In this document: positions 1-10,200 of the stretch, piece by piece
How positions within the stretch are numbered: position 1 is the stretch's first letter
How the letters are laid out: each line of letters opens with the position of its first letter
Origin: Catajapyx aquilonaris
Lineage: Eukaryota
DNA length: 47,484 bases
Assembly: GCA_000934665.2 (NCBI GenBank)
Contig: KZ538786.1
Location: forward strand, 1-47,484
Direction of reading: 5' to 3'
Notes under the pieces: model-generated
Database searches by the model: none
Told to the model about the DNA's origin: nothing
Seen by the model: the letters and a program-made list of their open reading frames with translations, nothing else
Program-made: the position numbers and the translations under genes

Positions 1-18
1 TTTTGTCCTTTTTTATTT

Positions 19-34
19 GCAGCCACCTGGCGGC
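19..34 (-). promoter_or_regulatory. CTCF-like motif
   Basis: The minus strand reads GCCGCCAGGTGGCTGC, close to the CCASYAGRKGGC consensus. Confidence 0.35.
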
Positions 35-3000
35 ATTTTGCCGAAGCTCTTGGATTCGGCATCGGCTCGCCAGCCTATGTGGATAATGAAATTATGCAAC
101 CTGTATAAGGACAAAGTCACGCATAGCCAGTTCTATATGTATGTTGTTTATCAAAAAAAATGTTGAATGAAGCTCGTACATTTTTGCATGAATGTCTGAC
201 CATTCGGGCCAGACAGATTGAAAATAGTCATTTCCGGAAAAAAAGGCACACCCGCATTACTGAGGTATGGTCGAAACCTCGATCGTGATTGGAAACAGTA
301 AGTTAGCCTATACCTTGTCAACACACCCAGTCAACCGTTCAAGTCTTGCTCAAGACTAGGAAGGCATGCCATGCTGCATGGTAACGAACGAGCAAAATAT
401 CTACTGTAGTATAGGGTCTGTAGTCTGGTTGATAAGTAGCCTACTGTCTTGCCAACTGAGAGGCACAGGTGGATAATTATCTGATATGTCATGATGAATG
501 AATTACGCGCAGTTAAATGAATGCAGTGTGCATATAAAGACCTAATATGCCCATAGATCAGTCTCATTTGTTAGGAATTGTTTGCAACCATCGAAGGGTA
601 CAACGCAGCAGTTAGTTTTGTGACGGAACCATTACAGTCCCTTAGAATATACAGTACTTTTAAAAAATGCAAACTTAAAACTCCTAACCTTCTTTCAAAA
701 TCAGTCACACATAACTGGGATCAATATGCATTTCAGGTATTCACATGAAATCAATGAGAACAAGAAGGGGACCCTTTCCTAGGTGGAACATAAATAATCT
801 GAGCACCCATAGAAGTAGTGCACAGAAGCAAAAGCTAATGACTTTCTGTTGCATACATGAGTGAATATCTTGTACATAATAATTGTTTTTAAGATAATGG
901 CTGAGAAAGGTTTTCTCCTATGCCCATCAGAAAGACTGTCTTTAGTTCAGAGATCCATTGGATCAGTTATCCTGAAGCTCCCAACAACTGTCTCAATATT
1001 GTCGAAGATGGACATCTGTTGTTACATGGACAGTCCATAACAGCCTTTGTCGCCATTGTGTACTACAAGGCACATCATCAGGATAAATTCCATACCTCTT
1101 ATTTGAAACTCAAATCAGCTTTCTCAGCGGTGATGTCACACAGAAAGATAAGGGTTACCTGCCCTTGTCCACTCTGTGCTTGTAAATGCTTCAACCTCAA
1201 AAATACCACAAGTACAATTTCCTTCTGAGAAAGAGTGAAGCACTTCAGCTGGAGGCATGACAATGTGCATCAATATTCCTTCTTCATCCATATTACCTAA
1301 ATATAAGAAAGAAAATGCATGTTCTGAGCTGTTGAACAATGACAGTTAACATCTTACAGTTGCCTTTATTCATCACATCAGATCTTTACATCTGTCCAAG
1401 TTACCCTGATGACAGGTATTCCATCACATGAACATGTCACTAGCACATCGTGCCATTTCCCTAATAATTCACTCTCTTCTATACATTTAATCAGGGCATT
1501 TTCTCACTTCACAGCTACCAATGCCAATCGCAAGGGCATATCTATGGTGCGTTGTGCACTAGTCTTGTTGCAGATTGGCCCACGAAACATGTCTTTCAAC
1601 ACAACCACGATAGTACATTTTAACAGACATGCTACCAGTTGTTGAGTGACTTTATTAGCAACAAGACTCCTTAATGCACCATAGTTAGCCCGCACTCTCA
1701 GGTAATCCTATTTAATTTTTTTTTTTTACTTCCATGCTATTCTGGGTATCTTATCCAACAATGAAATAATTAGTCACAAAAAATCTGGATCTGTGAAAAG
1801 GTAACCATTGCACATCAATATTTGACAGTGCCTTTTTGGACACTAACAGGGGGGAAATCTACATGTCATGTAATACAATCTGTTTCATATTACGCCTACG
1901 AGATAAAGAAACCAGATTGGCAGTTGGCATGATTGATATCACTTGTCTTACACCTATCCTTAGTCGGTAAAACAGCTGCTGGAATGTATGAATAAAAGAC
2001 TTCTCTTTCTCCTCCAAACGAAAAGCACCGAGTTTCCAGTAATATGTCCACTGATGAGTATTGTTATATTCTTTTCTTTAAAACAAATTTTCACATCCAC
2101 ATAGTCACAGACACTGTCCCATCAGCAGAAGAGAGCGAGAGTGAAAGCAACAATTTCACTAAAAAAACAAATGGGAGGGGGGAAGGGAAGGAAGGGATCG
2201 AAACATCCAACGGGAATGACTCTCACTGGTGACAGACGACTCTGCCACTACTAGGAAGGGGGGGGGAATGTCCCACACACGTAACACCGACTGTAATGTC
2301 CTGCTTGACACATCCAATATTGACACATATTAAGTTTGAGCGGTCACATCGACTTCAAGTTAGGACGGGGGGATGCATTTGGTGGGATGGGTCACAGAAT
2401 GAAGCTCCACTTTTATTTTATTTTTTGTCTTTCTATTGCTAAAATCTCCTCTCTCTTTGAGGAAATAGAGCATATCTGCGTCAAATCACATTGGTGCTCC
2501 CAATTGGAGCAAAAATTTAGGGTCGCTAAAAAAGCCACAAAAACATGCTAACCATCAATGCTAGTTACATGTAAGTGTTTTATAAAAAAGAGGGAGGGAA
2601 CCTTGCTATTTAAAACAAAATTGTGGCCAATAAGCATGTCAATTAGCAGTGAATCACTGAGAGGGAATGTCCTAATAAGTAGATACAAGGATTATCACCA
2701 CATACCCTTTGCAATCTCTAAAGACTATTGCACGTGTGGTCTGAGGGAGAGAGGAATGTACACCTGCACTAAAACTGTAAATGCTGCGAATGCACATGAG
2801 CTGGTTGAAAATGTTTCTGTGACTAGTAGCAAGTTTATAAACCAGAATAAAGCTCGTACGACATTACATGTCAGTGGGATAAAAGCGGAAAGAAGTAATT
2901 CAGCGAATGACTTAATGAGCACCTATATTTTGACGCTACTTTGGTGACCATCTTGGAGACAAAAATGCCTCCTGCTCGTGACTTTGCACTTCACTGCACA

Positions 3001-3271
3001 ATGTAATGCACAAAATTTTGAAACCAGACAAATTTTGCAAACAACACTATAAATTGCACCTGCTTTCAAATAATCCCAGTCAACTTGCATTGATTGCACT
3101 GACAGAAGGTTAATAAAGCCATGCCAATAATCACTGTCATGTTATTTCCCCTCCATTTGCTTCACAAGATTTACACCCTCTGTGATAAAAAATACACAAA
3201 CGAATACATCTCTCTATTAAATTAAATTATGCATGCTGCAGAAGATCTATGCAAAAACATACACATATATT

Positions 3272-3375
3272 TATGTACAGTACATGGGAGGACGGGAGAC
3301 CTAAGTATTTACAGATACCCTTCCCATTAATGTCATTTGGTTAAGTAGATAAGTCCATCTATGCAGTTATTTACA
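3272..3375 (-). promoter_or_regulatory. Cluster of three Pumilio response elements (UGUAHAUA) in the 3' UTR
   Basis: On the minus strand, TGTACATA at 3272-3279 and TGTAAATA at 3306-3313 and 3368-3375. Confidence 0.55.
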
Positions 3376-3629
3376 ACAGTGTTGCATTGATGTCATCATA
3401 TAATTTTGCAAAAACAAGGACAATGCACCAAACATTTAAACCAAGGAGTTGCAGTGAGGGGGTTAGCAAAACATACAAACTACATTTTTGCCCTAAACAA
3501 CAACATTCAATCGTGTCTGTGTGTATGTAATTTTTTATATTTCTCTTCAGCTTTCTCAAAATCCTTGTTATTGCATCTCCGCCATTGGCACTTCCTCCGA
3601 AGGAGAAGAGAGTGGAGACGTTGCTTAAC

Positions 3630-3680
3630 AGAGAGACAGAGAGAGAGAGAAAGAGAGACAGGAGTCGGAGAGAGAGAGAG
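3630..3680. repeat. Imperfect (GA)n tract in the 3' UTR (CU-rich in the mRNA)
   Basis: Directly visible. Confidence 0.85.
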
Positions 3681-4089
3681 GGCATATAGTGGATGGACTT
3701 TTGGGGAGGGATTCCAAATCGTGGACCATGCAGCGCACCAAAATAGACACCATTCTTCTTTTACTGGTAAGTTCTTTGAAGCAATTACCCACACTGGACA
3801 TTGGAGGGAGAGGGCCTCCCTCTTTTTAAAAAAATGCCTCAAAGCTGCACCATTGCATTGATATCGCAGAGTCAGGATGAGGGGAGGGGGGATAGAGGGA
3901 GGCACATGTGAGTTAAAAACCCTTCGTTGCCACATGTGGGGGGACCTTTCTCTCTCGCGCACATAAAATACTGTGAGGAGCTTTGAATATCACAGTTTCC
4001 TTTTTTCCAGTGTTAGCTGCAAACTAGGATTGGGGAGGAAGGGTGCGTGAAGATGAGTATGTGTGTAGTGTGTGTATGTGTGTACATCC

Positions 4090-4251
4090 TCACTTTAGAG
4101 TTCTCTCAACGTCTAATCGTAACCGCATCTCCTCAGCATAGTCCTCATGGTCTTCTTCAGGTGAAGATGAGCAGCGAGTGAGGGATGGTTCCCTCTGCTG
4201 CGGTCGGCGCTTCCCACTCAGCTCTGCGTTTATGGACTGCAGCCTCAAGAT
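4090..4251 (-). CDS. Evi5: Evi5 terminal coding exon: ILRLQSINAELSGKRRPQQREPSLTRCSSSPEEDHEDYAEEMRLRLDVERTLK*
   Basis: Strong acceptor ctcctttacctccatctttatcgcag|ATC. Continues the coiled coil in phase 0 (KAE|ILRLQ). TGA at 4090-4092. Not in the ORF track; translated by hand. Confidence 0.85.
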   Translation of the reverse strand: MLRLQSINAELSGKRRPQQREPSLTRCSSSPEEDHEDYAEEMRLRLDVERTLK

Positions 4252-7200
4252 CTGCGATAAAGATGGAGGTAAAGGAGCAGGTTTAAGGTAGAAGAAGGGA
4301 GCATTTCATTAGAAAACTGCCAAACTATAATCACACACTACCCATGCGAGGGTTTTGAGGCACCATTCACGAATCAATCCAGTACATGCGCCAACTTATA
4401 AGGGGGGAGCTAAAGTGTCAGAATGATGAGCCATAAAATCCTGTCCGTTTTTTAAATTGACATAACAAGGCCAAATAAAATTATTGGTGCCATCAATGTG
4501 CAGAAATCACAAAATGACCAGTGACTATTCATGGTGCATATCATGGCAGGATAATAATCTAGCATGAAACATGACAGCACCATACGTCAAGTTAGTAATG
4601 CACATTTCCCATTTCCTAAGTAACACTAATGGCTACCAACTGACTCACAATTCCAACTCTTCCATAAAATTACAGAGTTAAAAATTAAGTTCAATGCAGG
4701 GGTAAGGGGGTACAACATGCCTGCCTCACACGTAATAAACCACAACAACATATGCTCCACGTACTACAAATAGGGACTGAGGGTTGTCACTGAAAATGGG
4801 CGGAGAGGCTGCTGAGAGACTTACTCCGCCCACCACTTCCATCCCTCTGAATCCGGGCTGGTGGGTGATGGGAATTGGACTGAAGGAGCTGCGGACAAGA
4901 CTCGGTTACAGTTGGAGGTCGGGGTGGGAGCAGGAGTGGGAGACGTTATTGTGGTGGGGGAGGCTGGGGAGGTCGAGGGCTTGAGGCGGAGGACCAAGCC
5001 ATCAGCAGCAGCCGGGGTCACACTGCAGCGTCCAATGTTCACCGCTCGCTTGCCCTGGAAATTATTGAATTGTCTCTCCTTGCCACAAGTGCGAGAGGGG
5101 AAAGAAAACCACAGGCACACAGGGAAAACCCATTCTTAGCTCATTAGTGGCTTTGCGCAATTAGTATAATTACTGTGGAGTGGACTAGGGGACACCTTAA
5201 TTGATTAGTTGTGTTAGTAATAGTCACGGGAAAAAAATCATGGCACACACCTCGGCTTTGTACTCGGCCAGCTTGTCCTGAAGCTTGTCCTGAAGCTTGT
5301 CATTCTCCTCATTGTTGCTGCGAAGCTCACCCTCGGCCACCAGCTCATGGTTCTGAAATGAAATTGATGTACTACATTGCATATAAAAGTTCACACATTT
5401 TACCAATGTGAACACAACCAGGTGGAATTACGCAATGAGTATGAAACTTTGTAGTTGTAGCTTTGAAGAGTGCTACAACAATTTAGTAAAACCACCATCA
5501 TTATAACTCCATGGCATCTGCTTTAGGCTCTTACAGAAAATGTTAAAATTTTTCCCCACATCACTCCTTTCTGAAAGCAATAAAGGGCACGCACCTTGAG
5601 CTTGAGCCCAGAGATCTTCTGCGTCAGTTCCACTACACACTGGGTGTTCTCGGCATCACGTATCCTAGCCATCATTATCTCCTCCTTCATTCTGGACTCC
5701 AGGTCCGAGTATTTGTTCATCTGCTCCTTCAGCCTCCCTTGCCACCGCTTCTCCGCATCTGCTGCCTGCTCCAAGCGCTCCTTCAAGCTCTTGTTCTCCT
5801 CATCCTGTCTCCGCAGTTGGTTTGTGCTCACCTGAACCTGGGTCTCAAGCTCCATCACCTGAAAGTACATCAATAATTCTCTACAGTCCATGGAAACGAA
5901 CAGGTGAGAGTGGAAAACCCCCACAAACTGTCCATCCAACTTGACCCCAGCTTTACTTCTCCATAATCACCTTGAGCCGAAGCTCCTTGAGCTCCGTGAG
6001 GGCCTCCATCTCCCTGAGCCTGATGGTCATCAGCTCTTCCTCGAGCTTGTGCAGGTCAGCCCCTCGGTTGTTCTCCCAGAAGAGCAGCTTCTTTGGTGTG
6101 CTGAGTTGACCTTCCGTCCCCTGTGGCCCATCAGACTGGTGGTCTTGCACATGCTTCTGCCACTGGGCCGTCAGGTCTGATACCTTCTGGCGCAGTTCCT
6201 TCAGGGACAGGCTGGCTTCTGCCTCCCTCAATTTAACTGCTATCAACTCCTCCTGCAGGTGAGCCACTGAGTTGTCTGGTGTTGATTCACGCAGTGTCTT
6301 CTTGTCCTCCTCAAGCTCCTACGATGTAATTGTAAATATGAACACAACGGACAAATTTTAGATAATAAAATAGTCAAACATCAATCTAGTCTGAACATGA
6401 AATTGCACAAATGAACTTGCACATTAGCACAAATATCAACACTCCACACGTACTTGTATCCTTCCTCGGAGGTCTCTTATGAGAGCTTCGTTTTCTGCCT
6501 CTCTGAGCCTCACATTGACCAGTTCCTTCTGCAGGCACTGGATGAGTTCCTCCTTCTGCTGCAGAAGTTCTGTCTTGAGAGACATCTCCTCCATGCTCCC
6601 TGTTTCCTCCATCAGCTGGCAGAGGTCCCTGATGCGCTCACGAGCCTGTTCCAGCTGCTGCATGGTCTCCAAGTCATGCTGCCTCACCGCCGCAAGTTCA
6701 CGCTTTATCACAAATGCAGTTTCCTCTTCCTCAGCTCTGCACACCTGGCCCTGAATTAAGCGGTCGGCTAATGAGCTAGACTCGGCTTCCAGGACCTCAA
6801 TGCGTTGCTTCAAAAGGCGGTTTTCAGTCCTTAGCCTCCGCAGTTCAACCATCTCTTCTTGCTCCTTGGTCTTCATCACAGTGTAGTCCTTTTCCAGCTT
6901 TTTCATCTTCTTGGAGTTAATCTTGACATTGTAAGCCAGCGTCATCAAGCCATCTGGATCTGACTCAACCTTTGCTGGCAGGTCCTTTTGAAAGTACTGC
7001 GAGGAACAAATGTCCTGTAGCATGTCTAGTCTGATAAGCTCACTATCAGTTTTATCACGATAGGAACCTCAGAGTATTTTTCCAACACGCAGAATATCAC
7101 CCCAACCTATAGTGACTCATATCATGTGGTACGTCAGACAGCCCCACATAGTATAGCACACTATTGGCTTCATTGAGCATTTTAATTCCATCAATGAACA

Positions 7201-10200
7201 TTTAAATTCCAAAATTCGTTAAATTTGGTTTACGCTGAAGTTCCTTTATTTTATGGGAAAATCCGCTTAATTTAACACTGGAAGTAACTTCCCAACATGT
7301 ATCAGTGGTAATAATGAGCTTGTACAGCTTCATTACCTTCAACATTCCTTCCATGTCCAAGCTCAGCAAGTCCTCCTTGCTGATAGTGAGGAGAGCCAAC
7401 GCTATCTTAAATATAATCTCCATATTCTCCGACAGGAAAACGTCCATTATCCTGCAAAGCAGTGCGAATTGCCAGATTGGTCATGACCTGGACTAATCCT
7501 GCTTCACTTACCTAGAAGCAATGGGGAGAGGAAGAGAGGTGGTGAAGAGTGTGAGGAACCAGCTGCTAGCATACATGCTGGTGTGAAAACTCTGTGACTG
7601 GAAGTGGACATTGATGTCAGGGAGATGCTCCTGGACGAGATTCTCCAGCTGGTACATGCACAGGCCTAGCTCTGCCATCGTAGGCTTGAACATGTCCCGC
7701 ATCTTGTAGTCCTGCATCAGCTTCACAAGCACTGCAAATGCCTCCTCCTCTGGCATCTGCTAATTAAAACAATTTTACAACACACATGTTTGTGACTTCA
7801 TTCATGAGACACTCGACTGCTTCTTGACTATCTATCAATTGGAAAAAATTGTTGAATTAAATATAGAATAACAATATCAGAGTTCCACAGAAATGCAAAT
7901 ACAGTATCAGTAAAGTCAAGTACTTTTCATGATACAGTGTAAGAAATTGAAAACAAAAGGTAACTTAATAGCATCAATAAGAAGCAAGGCTCATATGAAC
8001 TACCCATTAACTACAAATGAGACCAATTTATGTTACCTGCATAAGCAGTAGGCCGACGATGAAGGCTGAACCCTGGCAGTATCCAACCTCCCGGTCGTGC
8101 AAAGAGTAGGCCTTCATGACGTTGAAGAGGCTCTCCTGTCCCAGTCCATCCTTCTCCTTGAAGAACTCATGCTCCGGGTACGTTCTAGCAATGTCCCTCC
8201 GAATAACCTTCTCACATGCAGAGGTTGCCTTGATGTACTCTGAATACTGCTTCTTCACTGGGGACTCGTGGGCTCCACACAGAAGCTGCCACACTATTCC
8301 CCGGAAATGGTGCGGGATGCCCTTCCTCACTAGCTCCTGTCAGATTACAGTCAGTTTTGCTAATTAATCCTCCAAGCACCCTCAACAATGCCAGATAATC
8401 TGAAATCAGCTCACAATTTGTGAAACATAACCTACAGTGAAACCTCCCACTAGCAGACCCTGGAATTTGTTTAATGCAGAAAAACGTAGTGCCCTGACAG
8501 CAAGATAGGATTTCCCATCGTGGACTTTTGTCTGATATGACTTGAACCACAAAATCAAAAAGTTCACTGCCAAACGTAGAAGTTAAAAATCATGTAAAAA
8601 TTACTGCCGTGGGAGCCTTTTTTTTTTGGCACTAACTGCTCTTGCAATGATGTCTTTGTATGCTGTACTCATTGTCCAAGCTTCACTTACTGTTTTAAAA
8701 AAGCTAACCAATAAACAGCTCTTTATTGAAGGCAACATGGTTAATTTTCCAATGTATGACTGCCTGGCAGTGCAACTTGCACGCAAAAGACTGCCGTTCA
8801 TACCTAAAGGCAAAACTATTTCACAGCAGTGGCATTACTGTAACGTTAACTGACCATTTGCAATTACAACACTGCTCTATGACAACCCATCCAAAAATAA
8901 ACTTGTCATAAAGCAGGAAAGCGATGCATAATTCATTCGAAACAGTACCCTCTAAAATAGAGAACACTCAACACTACAGCAACTCCAACTCGTTACTAAT
9001 TTTAACTGCTCCATCCTACGATGCACACATTTAAAGATGCACACATTTAAAGATGCGTCACCAACATACCCTGACAATTTGGTTTCTCTTCTTCCAGCAA
9101 GTGTCCCAGTCATTGACAACCCTGCCCCACGACCCCCACAGGTCTTCCTCTGGATCCTCATTGCGATCCTGGCTTGAGCTGGTCCCTGGAGAGACATGCG
9201 ACTCATTAATGCCCCGTGTCAGTGCCACACAGCAGAGTGCAAATTGGGCGTCAAGTATATCCTCTCACCTGAGGTTACAGATATCTGCGATGTGTCTGAG
9301 CTCTTGCGGGAGTGTCCGCTGCCAGATAAGGAGTTCAGGGACTTGGCGTCACACTCAATTAACCTGCAAATTAGAGGAAATGTGCATCACTGTTAGGGAA
9401 CATCACCGGGCCATTTTGGACACTAATCAGCAGCTATCATCAATCTCTTATCCTCTGACCAATATGCGTCACACCGTGTCTGACACAACATGAACTTGCA
9501 CTCAGGGCAACTCGCTACGACTAGGACCCAGATTCCTTGTCCAAAACAGGTTACGACACTATACTGTACGGCTGGAGAGGAGCACAGTCTCCGTCAAAGC
9601 AATAACAGTGTCGGTGAAGCAACCAACCTTCCCGCTGAAGTGGCTCCAGCGGACCCATCCAAACACTCCGGCTCAGACTCGGAAGCCTGACTCAACGAAA
9701 AGTACCACTCCATACCACCCCCTCCCAATGCACTTACACCACACTACACATTGCAGGCACCACTCCGTCCGACTATCTCCTTGCACTGACACGCGACGAG
9801 AAGCAGACCCTCTCGTCTCCTGCTAGGTGATATCAATCCCAAGGGTAAATAAAGGCAGTGGGTGTGGTTTGCCTGGGAATAAGCACCCCAGGCAGGTGAT
9901 TCCTGCAGGCAAGGTCACCTCCACGGTCTCACCGGATATCCCGGGTGTTTTTTTTTGTGCACACAAGTTATAACAGTTAGTCATCAAGCACATTAGCTGT
10001 TTTAAACATCAGGTGTCATATAAGTGCCCCATCTTAATATGAACTCGAGTTAAATGTGGCCTATGACCTCCCTCCCCAAAGAGACAAACGGCACTGAATT
10101 TTCACGCTCCGGATACACTTTTTTTTCCCCCTCTCTCGCCTACTTCTTCCGAGTCGTTTTCTTCTAAATGGCCAGCATTATCGCCAGCTGTCCCTAAGGT

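Larger units (their letters stand above)
2400..4089 (-). other. Evi5 3' UTR, minimum extent about 1.7 kb; may extend to distal poly(A) signals
   Basis: The first canonical AATAAA I see downstream of the stop is at 2412-2417. Further ones lie at 1651-1656, 1365-1370 and 12-17. AT-rich and non-coding. Confidence 0.6.

Noticed and set aside
920..1339. Cys-containing ORFs downstream of Evi5 as a possible second gene or transposon remnant
   Set aside because: No family motif I can support and no consistent splice structure.
3371..3962. ORFs of 104-151 aa in the 3' UTR
   Set aside because: They are driven by the (GA)n tract (ERER/SLSL) and show no recognisable domain.
5596..6759. Plus-strand ORFs overlapping Evi5 exons (5596-5835, 5941-6180, 6454-6759, 6479-6754)
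   Set aside because: They are antisense shadows of coiled-coil coding exons, with no independent protein signal.
9020..9056. 16-bp tandem duplication GATGCACACATTTAAA in an intron
   Set aside because: A simple local duplication with no evident function.
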